Shown here in pieces: positions 18,510-26,250 of a DNA stretch of 53,836 nt. The notes below the pieces were generated by a model. The model was given only the letters and a program-made list of their open reading frames with translations. It searched no databases and was not told the DNA's origin. How positions within the stretch are numbered: the first letter of the stretch is position 1; the number at the start of each line of letters is the position of its first letter. Source of the stretch: an uncultured Bacteroidales bacterium. Lineage in GTDB: Bacteria > Bacteroidota > Bacteroidia > Bacteroidales > UBA932. The position numbers and the translations under genes are program-made. Where the stretch lies: contig CAMJJO010000001.1 in NCBI GenBank assembly GCA_946406095.1, positions 1 through 53,836 on the forward strand. The letters run 5' to 3'.

Positions 18510-18611
18510 GTTTCCGCCCCAGGTCTGGCTTCTTGGGAACCTACCCGTTGAACTTTTGCCGGATTTCCTCTAAGGGTCGGGCATTTTTTGAAAGGCGACC
18601 TGGTGCGAAAC
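18510..18611. other. GC-rich intergenic inverted-repeat structure (candidate ncRNA or miniature element)
   Basis: GTTTCCGCCCCAGGTC (18510-18525) pairs imperfectly with GACCTGGTGCGAAAC (18597-18611). The flanks are AT-rich. Confidence 0.4.
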
Positions 18612-18656
18612 AGTGTTGCTTTTAATATCCATTCATTCGAATAACACAAAAAAGCG

Positions 18657-18664
18657 TATCTTTG
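18657..18664 (+). promoter_or_regulatory. -7 promoter element (TATCTTTG) for carbonic anhydrase
   Basis: TAnnTTTG match upstream of ATG 18713. Confidence 0.55.
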
Positions 18665-18712
18665 TTATGCACTACAGGATCACAAGAAAAAGCGATAATA
18701 AAAACAACCATC

Positions 18713-19249
18713 ATGATAGATTCAATACTACAGTTCAACAAGCAGTTCGTTGCTGAAAAGGCCTATGAGCCGTACGTTACGGATAAGTATCCCGCCAAGA
18801 AACTTGCAATCCTCACCTGCATGGACACCCGCTTGACGGAACTTCTGCCAAAGGCGCTGGGGCTGAAGAATGGAGATGCTAAGATTATCAAGAATGCAGG
18901 AGGGCTTATTCTTTCCGAAACTGATTCAGCCATAAGATCTCTTCTGGTAGCCATTTATGAACTAGGCGTAAACGAAGTAATGGTGATCCATCATTCCACA
19001 TGCGGGGCATGTCACATGAGTTACAGGGAGTTTAGGCCTCACATGCTCGAAAAGGGCATCTCGGAAGAAATACTGTCGGAATGGGAGAAGAAAGGCGTCG
19101 CTGACTGGCTGGAAGGTTTCCACAATACCGAAGCTTCCGTACGAAGGACTGTGGCCGCCATTATAAATCATCCCCTTGTGCCACAGAGCGTTACGGTTCG
19201 TGGATTCATCATCGATTCAACAACTGGAGAGCTTTCGGAAATTGTATAA
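18713..19249 (+). CDS. Beta-class carbonic anhydrase
   Basis: Zn ligands TCMDTR and HSTCG; IKNAGG. Start taken at MIDSIL. Confidence 0.92.
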   Translation: MIDSILQFNKQFVAEKAYEPYVTDKYPAKKLAILTCMDTRLTELLPKALGLKNGDAKIIKNAGGLILSETDSAIRSLLVAIYELGVNEVMVIHHSTCGACHMSYREFRPHMLEKGISEEILSEWEKKGVADWLEGFHNTEASVRRTVAAIINHPLVPQSVTVRGFIIDSTTGELSEIV

Positions 19250-19305
19250 TCACAGTTTTTTCACTACTTTTACGCAAGATTCTCCGTATCAAGGATTAAT
19301 AAGGT

Positions 19306-19797
19306 ATGAAACATAGAATTAACAATTGGGCAAAACTGCTATATGGCTTCCTGATGACCATACTTGGTTTTTCGGGATGCGAAGGCATTTTTGAAACGCG
19401 TGAAGAATATGGTCAGCCCTACGCAGAATTCAAACTTGTCGGAGAGGTCAAGTCCGAGGAGGGCAAGCCGATCAAGGGCATACGCGTAATCGTCAAGCCA
19501 TATATTGCACACACTGAACAACAGTATCTCGACTGGAACAGGGATACTTTGTTCACTGATGCAGAAGGTAAATTCAGCAAAGAAGAACTCAAGCATACCT
19601 GGCCAAATGAGATGAAGGGCTCCACTATCATTTTCGAGGACATAGACGGTCCCGAGAATGGCGGGGAATTTGTGTCTAAAACGCTGAACGACAAGGAGTT
19701 TACTGTTGAACAGATAAAGAAAGGAAGTGGCAACTGGTACGATGGAGACTTCCTCGTCACCGCTAACGCCACATTGTCTCCCAAAAAGCAAGACTGA
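19306..19797 (+). CDS. Radical SAM-associated putative lipoprotein (TIGR04134-like)
   Basis: ILGFSGC lipobox followed by EEYGQPYA, then G.V...G.PI.GI.V, DIDG.ENGG and WYDG. Its stop overlaps the start of the rSAM gene. Confidence 0.82.
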   Translation: MKHRINNWAKLLYGFLMTILGFSGCEGIFETREEYGQPYAEFKLVGEVKSEEGKPIKGIRVIVKPYIAHTEQQYLDWNRDTLFTDAEGKFSKEELKHTWPNEMKGSTIIFEDIDGPENGGEFVSKTLNDKEFTVEQIKKGSGNWYDGDFLVTANATLSPKKQD

Positions 19798-20867
19798 TGC
19801 CCGAGTCCCTGTCCATCCGCCGCAGAATTGCACTCGACATCTCCGAGAAGGTCAAGCAGAACCTGGTTCGGGAGCATCCCCTCAAGCAATTGTTCTGGGA
19901 GTGCACCCTTCGCTGCAATCTGTCCTGCCGGCACTGCGGAAGTGACTGCAAGCAGATTTCCGCCGTAAAGGATATGCCGAAGGAGGATTTCGGCCGGGTT
20001 CTGGATTCTGTCGCAGCCGCCACCGACCCGCATAAGGTGATGATCAATATCACCGGCGGGGAGCCTCTCTGCCGCCCCGACCTTGAGGAATGCGGGCGGA
20101 TGATCTACGAAAAGGAATTCCCCTGGGGGATGGTCACTAACGGCCTAGCACTTACTCCGCAACGCTATCAGAGGCTGCTCCGGAGCGGCCTGCGGGCAAT
20201 GACCATCAGTCTGGACGGCATAGGCGAAACTCACGATTGGATGCGCGGGCGCAAGGGGTCTTTCGAGCGTGCCGCGGCAGCCATCAAAATGGTTATCGAC
20301 TCCGGAGAGATCGCCTTCGACGTGGTCACCTGCGTGAATAAGAGGAGCTACTCGCAACTGTCTGATATCAAGGAGTTTCTGATCGGCCTCGGCCTGAAGG
20401 AATGGCGGCTGTTCACAGTTTTCCCGGTTGGCAGGGCCGCCGAAGATCCCGAACTGCAATTATCCAACGAAGAATTCAAGGGCCTGATGGAATTCATCAA
20501 GGCCACCCGGAAAGAAGGCCGGATTATGGCCGAATATGGCTGCGAAGGCTTTCTGGGCAATTATGAGGGCGATGTGCGCAGCCACTTCTACATCTGCTCC
20601 GCCGGCATCACCGTTGGTTCCGTCCTTGCCGACGGCAGCATCTCCGCCTGCCCCAGCATCAGAGCCGATTATCACCAGGGGAATATCTACCAAGATGACT
20701 TCATGGAAGTTTGGGACACCCGCTTCCAGCCCTTCCGGGACCGCTCTTGGATGCACAAAGACGAATGCGCCTCCTGCAAAGTCTGGAAATACTGCAAAGG
20801 CAACGGCATGCACCTGCGGGATGCCGACGGCAAACTTCTCCTCTGCCATTACTCAAAATTGCAATAA
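19797..20867 (+). CDS. Radical SAM/SPASM enzyme (TIGR04133-like, rSAM/lipoprotein system)
   Basis: LFWECTLRCNLSCRHCGSDC and TGGEP; SPASM cysteines CSAG...ACPS...CASC...YCKGNGMH...C. Confidence 0.88.
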   Translation: MPESLSIRRRIALDISEKVKQNLVREHPLKQLFWECTLRCNLSCRHCGSDCKQISAVKDMPKEDFGRVLDSVAAATDPHKVMINITGGEPLCRPDLEECGRMIYEKEFPWGMVTNGLALTPQRYQRLLRSGLRAMTISLDGIGETHDWMRGRKGSFERAAAAIKMVIDSGEIAFDVVTCVNKRSYSQLSDIKEFLIGLGLKEWRLFTVFPVGRAAEDPELQLSNEEFKGLMEFIKATRKEGRIMAEYGCEGFLGNYEGDVRSHFYICSAGITVGSVLADGSISACPSIRADYHQGNIYQDDFMEVWDTRFQPFRDRSWMHKDECASCKVWKYCKGNGMHLRDADGKLLLCHYSKLQ

Positions 20868-20872
20868 ATTCC

Positions 20873-20900
20873 GTTAACAATATCTGAGCGGGGGCGTCTT
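20873..20900 (+). promoter_or_regulatory. Putative ECF-sigma promoter (AAC-N16-CGTCT)
   Basis: GTTAAC at 20873-20878 and CGTCTT at 20895-20900, directly upstream of the operon that encodes an ECF sigma factor. Confidence 0.5.
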
Positions 20901-20919
20901 TATGTCAAAAATGTGTTTT

Positions 20920-21429
20920 ATGAGACGGTTTTTACTTATCATCATTGTCATCGCGCTCCCCTTCTCGGCGCTGGCTAACGAAGGCGGGAAGTCCATTCCG
21001 AATGGGAAGATCAGTTCACTTATTTCCGAGTATAGTGCCTGTGACGGCGTGGAGGTGGTCAATCTGGGCCGCATCGCGCTGGGAGCGCTCAGAGGCATAG
21101 TCCGCATCAGCGACCCGGGCGACAAAGATACCAGGGATGCGCTGCAGATGGTCCGCGGCCTCAAAAAGCTCTCGATTTTCGAGTATGAAGACTGCACGGA
21201 CCAGCAGAAGTCGCAGATTACCAGAAAGTTGAACAGAATCCTTTCGGGCTGTGAAGTGCTGGTGGAAGCCAGCGGCGACGGCGACCGTGTGACCATCTAC
21301 GGCTACCTCGACGAAAAAAGCAACCTCATCCGGGACTGCATCATCTACACTCCCTCCAGCTGCGCCCTGATCTGCCTTTTCGGCAACTTCTCCATGGACA
21401 CCATCGCAAAGATTGCGGAAAATGACTGA
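20920..21429 (+). CDS. DUF4252-like secreted protein
   Basis: Signal peptide MRRFLLIIIVIALPFSALA; GVEVVNLG, E.LVEA.GDGD.V.IY and LICLFGNF patterns. Confidence 0.7.
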   Translation: MRRFLLIIIVIALPFSALANEGGKSIPNGKISSLISEYSACDGVEVVNLGRIALGALRGIVRISDPGDKDTRDALQMVRGLKKLSIFEYEDCTDQQKSQITRKLNRILSGCEVLVEASGDGDRVTIYGYLDEKSNLIRDCIIYTPSSCALICLFGNFSMDTIAKIAEND

Positions 21430-21898
21430 GCAGCGCTTCCATAGCGATTACCTGACCCTGGCGGAAAGCCTCTACAGGATTGCATACTACATCCTGGAAT
21501 CCGAGGCCGAAGCGGAGGATGCGGTGCAGGAACTCTACCTCAAGCTCTGGAAGATGCGGGATGCCCTGGACGGCATCCAGAACCCTAAAGCCTATGCCAC
21601 CCGGCTCCTGAAGAACCAATGCATAGACCGCATCAGAAGAGCCTCCAGAGAGGCCGGCGCCCAGTACGACTCAGCTGACACCCAGTACAGTCCCGATGAA
21701 AGGATAGACGCCCGAGAACGGCTCGACAAGGTGCTGGAGGCGGTGAAGGCCCTCCCCGAGAGGCAGCGTAAGATCTTGATCCTGCGTACGGTAGACGGCC
21801 TTTCATACGAAGAAACAGCCAGACTTACCGGATGCGATTACCTCACCTGCCGTGTGCTGCTGTCAAGGGCACGGGCAAAACTAAAAACAATTGTATGA
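21422..21898 (+). CDS. ECF RNA polymerase sigma-70 factor
   Basis: Region 2 AEDAVQELYLKLW...KNQCID; region 4 LPERQR...GLSYEETA...LSRAR. Confidence 0.92.
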   Translation: MTEQRFHSDYLTLAESLYRIAYYILESEAEAEDAVQELYLKLWKMRDALDGIQNPKAYATRLLKNQCIDRIRRASREAGAQYDSADTQYSPDERIDARERLDKVLEAVKALPERQRKILILRTVDGLSYEETARLTGCDYLTCRVLLSRARAKLKTIV

Positions 21899-22287
21899 AA
21901 AAGATAGAAGATATAGAAAGAATGGAAGTGGAAGAGCTGGAAGCGGCAGCCCTTAAGGAGAACATACGTGTTCCAGACGGCCTCAAAGACCGCATCAAGG
22001 CGACTCTGGCAGCGGAAACCATCATTGAGGAATCCACGCCGAAACGCAACCCTCTCCCCTACATCGCAGTTGCCGCCGCGGCAGCCGTAGCGGCCATCGT
22101 GGCAATCCCGCACAAAGGCTCAGCCTTGCAGGACACCTACACCGATCCCTATCTTGCTTATGCAAAGGTGGAAGAGACCTTCAATACCATCTCCAACAAA
22201 ATGGCCGCTGGCATATCCCTGGCCGAAGAAGCCCGGGACGCCGCCGGCAAGCCCTCAGAAATAATCAATAAAATCAACACGAAATGA
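21895..22287 (+). CDS. Single-TM hypothetical protein, probable anti-sigma factor
   Basis: ATGA overlap with the sigma gene; VPDGL motif, hydrophobic YIAVAAAAAVAAIVAI and DTYTDP motif. Confidence 0.6.
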   Translation: MKKIEDIERMEVEELEAAALKENIRVPDGLKDRIKATLAAETIIEESTPKRNPLPYIAVAAAAAVAAIVAIPHKGSALQDTYTDPYLAYAKVEETFNTISNKMAAGISLAEEARDAAGKPSEIINKINTK

Positions 22288-22766
22288 AACGCATAATCAT
22301 AATTGCAACCCTGTTGCTCGCAAGCATATCATCTTTCGCCCAGAATGGGAAAAGTATCTACCAGAAATATTCAGACGCAGAAAACGTGAGCGCCGTCTAC
22401 ATCTCTCCTGCAATGTTCCGGCTGATCGGAAAGATTCCTGACATGAACGTAGAAGGAAACGACGTGAACCTGGCTCCTATTATCCGGTCCTTGTCCGGGC
22501 TGTACATCATCAGCAGCGAAAATCCGCACATCAACTCGCAGATCAAGGCAGACGCCGAGAAGTTCATAAAAGGAGGCCAATATGAACTCTTGATGGAAGC
22601 CAAAGACGATGGAGAGACCGTCAGGATGTATACTGTCGGCACGGAAAAGGTGGTGAACAGTTTCGTAATGCTCTCCATCGACGGAAACGAAATCGATTTC
22701 ATCTGCGTTGATGGCAAGATGGACCGGGAGGATCTGGACAAACTTATGGCAGATGCTATGAAATAA
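22284..22766 (+). CDS. DUF4252 family secreted protein
   Basis: Signal peptide; KYSDAENVSAVYISPAMF and YELLMEAKDDGETVRMY. Confidence 0.8.
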   Translation: MKRIIIIATLLLASISSFAQNGKSIYQKYSDAENVSAVYISPAMFRLIGKIPDMNVEGNDVNLAPIIRSLSGLYIISSENPHINSQIKADAEKFIKGGQYELLMEAKDDGETVRMYTVGTEKVVNSFVMLSIDGNEIDFICVDGKMDREDLDKLMADAMK

Positions 22767-22771
22767 TTTCC

Positions 22772-22779
22772 TAAATTTG
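22772..22779 (+). promoter_or_regulatory. -7 promoter element (TAAATTTG) for cstA
   Basis: TAnnTTTG match 22 nt upstream of the ATG. Confidence 0.6.
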
Positions 22780-22801
22780 CAGAAACGGAAACCTATTCAC
22801 T

Positions 22802-24256
22802 ATGCTTTCTTTTCTGCTTTGCATCATCGCCCTCATAGTGGGTTACGTGCTCTACGGAGCATTTGTAGACAAAGTCTTCGGGTCGGATCCCAAGCGTCCG
22901 ACTCCCGCTGTCGAAAAAGCGGACGGGGTGGATTTCATCCCCATGCCCACCTGGAAGGTGTTTATGATACAGTTCTTGAATATCGCAGGAACGGGGCCTA
23001 TCTTCGGAGCCATAATGGGCGCGAAGTTCGGTCCCGCCTCCTATTTATGGATAGTGCTGGGGTGCATTTTCGCCGGAGCGGTGCACGATTACCTCACGGG
23101 GATGCTTTCCATCCGCCACGGCGGAGCGGGCCTGCCGGAACTCGTTGGCAACTACCTCGGCAGCGGCACCAAGAAAGTGATGCTGGTGTTCTCCCTTCTG
23201 CTTCTGCTCCTGGTGGGAACCGTGTTCGTCTACAGCCCTGCCCTGATTCTGGGAGATATGGCCGGCGATGGTTCCCGAAGCGCCATAATGCTCTGGGTAG
23301 CAGTGGTTTTCGTATACTATATCATCGCCACGCTTCTCCCTATCGACAAGATAATCGGAAGAATATATCCCCTGTTTGCCGCCGCCCTGCTGTTTATGGC
23401 AGCCGCGCTGATGATATGCCTCTTCGTCAAATGGCCCGCCATCCCCGAAATCTGGGACGGCCTGCAGAACCGCGGTCCTTCGATCGGGCTTAACGGTCAG
23501 AGCATCTTCCCCTGCCTCTTCATAACCATAGCCTGCGGAGCGATCAGCGGCTTCCACGCCACCCAGAGCCCGCTCATGGCCCGCTGCATCAAGAATGAGA
23601 AGCTGGGGCGTCCGGTGTTTTACGGGGCGATGATAACCGAAGGACTCGTGGCACTCATCTGGGCTGCTGTTGCATCCTACTTCTTCTTCGACGGAGGTGC
23701 GGCGGAAGTCGGTTCGGACCTCACCGCAGCGGCTCCTACGGTGGTCACCAAAGTCTCCCGCAGCTGGCTGGGAATTCTCGGCGGAGTGCTCGCGATTCTC
23801 GGTGTGGTGGCAGCTCCTATCACCAGCGGCGACACTGCCTTCCGCAGCGCCCGCCTGATAGTCGCGGACTTCCTGAAATTCGACCAGAAACCCATACGCA
23901 ACCGCCTTGTGATAGCGGTTCCGCTATTCATAGCAGCAAGCGCATTGCTTTGGTTCAACGTTGCCAATGCCAACGGATTCAATATCATCTGGCGCTACTT
24001 CGGATGGGCCAACCAGACACTGGCCGTATTCTCGCTCTGGACTGCGACCGTTTATCTGGTGAAGGCGAAGAAGGGTGCCTGGTATCTGATTTCCCTGCTT
24101 CCCGCCGCGTTTATGACCTCCGTCTGCCTCACCTTTATCTGTGTAGACAAGACGGGCTTCGGCCTGAACCACTCGCTGATACCCTGGCTTGGAGTCGGTA
24201 CGTTCGTGATTTCTCTGGTTTTATTCTTCATCTGGCAGCGGAAAGTTTGCAAATAA
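22802..24256 (+). CDS. cstA: Carbon starvation protein A family transporter
   Basis: QFLNIAGTGPIFG, GAVHDY, IACGAISGFHATQSP, ITSGDTAFRSAR and IWRYFGWANQTL; multi-TM. Confidence 0.92.
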   Translation: MLSFLLCIIALIVGYVLYGAFVDKVFGSDPKRPTPAVEKADGVDFIPMPTWKVFMIQFLNIAGTGPIFGAIMGAKFGPASYLWIVLGCIFAGAVHDYLTGMLSIRHGGAGLPELVGNYLGSGTKKVMLVFSLLLLLLVGTVFVYSPALILGDMAGDGSRSAIMLWVAVVFVYYIIATLLPIDKIIGRIYPLFAAALLFMAAALMICLFVKWPAIPEIWDGLQNRGPSIGLNGQSIFPCLFITIACGAISGFHATQSPLMARCIKNEKLGRPVFYGAMITEGLVALIWAAVASYFFFDGGAAEVGSDLTAAAPTVVTKVSRSWLGILGGVLAILGVVAAPITSGDTAFRSARLIVADFLKFDQKPIRNRLVIAVPLFIAASALLWFNVANANGFNIIWRYFGWANQTLAVFSLWTATVYLVKAKKGAWYLISLLPAAFMTSVCLTFICVDKTGFGLNHSLIPWLGVGTFVISLVLFFIWQRKVCK

Positions 24257-24284
24257 GGAATTCTTTTCTTTAATTTGTATCCGT

Positions 24285-24329
24285 ATGTCAGTAGTGTGCC
24301 CTCATAAGAGCAGACGAGCCCGAAGATAG
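24285..24329 (+). CDS. Putative Arg-rich leader peptide MSVVCPHKSRRARR
   Basis: ATG TCA GTA GTG TGC CCT CAT AAG AGC AGA CGA GCC CGA AGA TAG. Four of the last five sense codons are Arg; the ORF ends 156 nt upstream of the arg operon. Confidence 0.65.
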   Translation: MSVVCPHKSRRARR

Positions 24330-24395
24330 GAGGCGTAGAACCCTCCCAAATATCTTCGGAAATTCTTCACATACCCAATTCCAACAGAATTTCCG
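24320..24395 (+). promoter_or_regulatory. Overlapping alternative hairpins (candidate attenuator)
   Basis: Hairpin A: CCGAAGATA-GGAGG (24320-24333) with CCTCC (24342-24346) and TATCTTCGG (24351-24359). Hairpin B: CGGAAATTCT (24357-24366) with AGAATTTCCG (24386-24395). Confidence 0.6.
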
Positions 24396-24485
24396 CCTAA
24401 TAATTGCAATTGACAATCTCGGTTTGTCTTGCCATTAGGGATATTATGTATCCGGCCCGACAACCGCAGCCAGACAGGATAATAA

Positions 24486-25046
24486 ATGGAAATCAAGGTA
24501 TTTGTGGCTGACGAAAGCCATCTCGACTACGCAGAAGCGATCTGCAATGAAATAGAAGAATCCGCCAAGGAAAGCAAACTTGGTCTTGCCAAGCGTACTC
24601 CGGAGTATATCTCCGGGAAGATACTCTCCGGCAAGGCAGTCATAGCGCTGACCGACGATGGCGAATTCGCGGGTTTTTCCTATATAGAAACCTGGGGAGG
24701 CAAGAGTTTCGTGGCAAACTCCGGCCTCATCGTCGCCCGCAAGTTCCGCGGCCTGGGCCTCGCCAAACGCATCAAGGAGCAGACTTTCATCCTCTCCCGC
24801 AAACTCTTCCCGGATGCCAAGATTTTCTCTCTTACCACGGGCGCGGCAGTCATGAAGATGAACTACGAGTTCGGATTCCGTCCCGTTCCCTACAACGAAC
24901 TGACGGACGACCCCGAGTTCTGGAAAGGCTGCGAAGGATGCCGGAACTTCGATATCCTAACGCGTAACGAATACAGGCTCTGCCTCTGCACGGGCCTTCT
25001 TTACGATCCTAAAGAACACTTTGAAATTCATCACCCCGGAGAATAA
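24486..25046 (+). CDS. GNAT N-acetyltransferase of the Bacteroidetes arg operon (probable short N-acylglutamate synthase)
   Basis: GLAKRTPEY, YIETWG, VANSGLIV, FRGLGLA, IFSLTTG, FWKGCEGC and CLCTG; lies immediately before argG. Confidence 0.8.
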   Translation: MEIKVFVADESHLDYAEAICNEIEESAKESKLGLAKRTPEYISGKILSGKAVIALTDDGEFAGFSYIETWGGKSFVANSGLIVARKFRGLGLAKRIKEQTFILSRKLFPDAKIFSLTTGAAVMKMNYEFGFRPVPYNELTDDPEFWKGCEGCRNFDILTRNEYRLCLCTGLLYDPKEHFEIHHPGE

Positions 25047-26248
25047 TGAAAAAGGTAGTTGTTGCATTCAGCGGAGGGCTGGACACCTCCTACACGGTCA
25101 TGTATCTCGCCAAGGAAAAGGGATACGAGGTTTATGCAGCCTGCGCGGACACCGGCGGATTCAGCCCGGAGCAGCTGGCCGCCAACGAAAAGAACGCTTA
25201 CGCCCTGGGCGCAAAGGCCTACGTCACCCTGGACGTTACGAAGGAATACTACGACAAGAGCCTCCGATATATGATCTACGGCAATGTGCTTCGTAACGGA
25301 ACCTATCCCATCTCGGTATCGTCCGAACGCATTTTTCAGGGCATCGCAATCGCCCGCTATGCCAAGCAGATAGGTGCGGATGCCATCGCCCACGGCTCCA
25401 CCGGCGCCGGCAACGACCAGGTCCGCTTCGACATGACCTTCCTTGTCATGTGCCCGGAGATGGAGATAATCACCCTCACCCGCGACGGCAACATCTCCCG
25501 AAAGGAAGAGGTGGATTACCTGAATGCTCACGGATTCAAGGCCGATTTCGCAAAGATGAAGTACTCCTACAACGTGGGCATCTGGGGCACCTCCATCTGC
25601 GGCGGTGAGATACTCGATTCCAGGCAGGGGCTGCCTGAAAGCGCATACCTCAAGCAGGTCACCAAGACCGGCAGCGAAATCCTCTCCATCGGCTTCTACA
25701 AGGGCGAACTTCACTCCGTGAACGGCAAGGCTTATGAAGACAGGGTCCAGGCGATCAAGGCCGTGGAGGAGATCGGGGCCGCATATGGCATAGGCCGCGA
25801 CATGCACGTGGGCGATACCATAATAGGCATAAAGGGCCGAGTGGGATTCGAGGCGGCTGCTCCGATGCTGATTATCGCAGCACACAAGTTCCTCGAGAAA
25901 TTCACCTTGAGCAAGTGGCAGCAATACTGGAAAGACCAGGTGGCCAACTGGTACGGCATGTTCCTGCACGAGAGCCAGTATCTCGAGCCCGTCATGAGGG
26001 ATATAGAGGCCATGCTGGAGAGCAGCCAGTCCAATGTGAACGGCACGGTCACCCTGGAACTCAGGCCCTACGGATTCTCCACAGTAGGAGTGGACTCCCC
26101 CGACGATCTGCTTAAATCCAAACTCGGCGAATATGGCGAGAGCCAGAAAGGCTGGACGGCAGAGGAGGCCAAAGGCTTCATAAAACTGCTCTCCACCCCT
26201 CTTAGAATGTATTATGGAGCACATCCTGATGAGTTGAAAATCAAGTAA
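25046..26248 (+). CDS. argG: Argininosuccinate synthase
   Basis: AFSGGLDTS, AHGSTGAGNDQVRF and GDTIIGIKGR. Confidence 0.96.
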   Translation: MKKVVVAFSGGLDTSYTVMYLAKEKGYEVYAACADTGGFSPEQLAANEKNAYALGAKAYVTLDVTKEYYDKSLRYMIYGNVLRNGTYPISVSSERIFQGIAIARYAKQIGADAIAHGSTGAGNDQVRFDMTFLVMCPEMEIITLTRDGNISRKEEVDYLNAHGFKADFAKMKYSYNVGIWGTSICGGEILDSRQGLPESAYLKQVTKTGSEILSIGFYKGELHSVNGKAYEDRVQAIKAVEEIGAAYGIGRDMHVGDTIIGIKGRVGFEAAAPMLIIAAHKFLEKFTLSKWQQYWKDQVANWYGMFLHESQYLEPVMRDIEAMLESSQSNVNGTVTLELRPYGFSTVGVDSPDDLLKSKLGEYGESQKGWTAEEAKGFIKLLSTPLRMYYGAHPDELKIK

Positions 26249-26250
26249 TC

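Noticed and set aside
18515-18535. Cobalamin-riboswitch-like AGCCAGACCTG on the minus strand upstream of the hdr operon
   Set aside because: Other B12-element motifs were not found, and the segment lies upstream of the predicted -7 box.
24302-24496. 64-aa minus-strand ORF in the arg leader
   Set aside because: No motifs; the region is better explained by the plus-strand uORF and hairpins.
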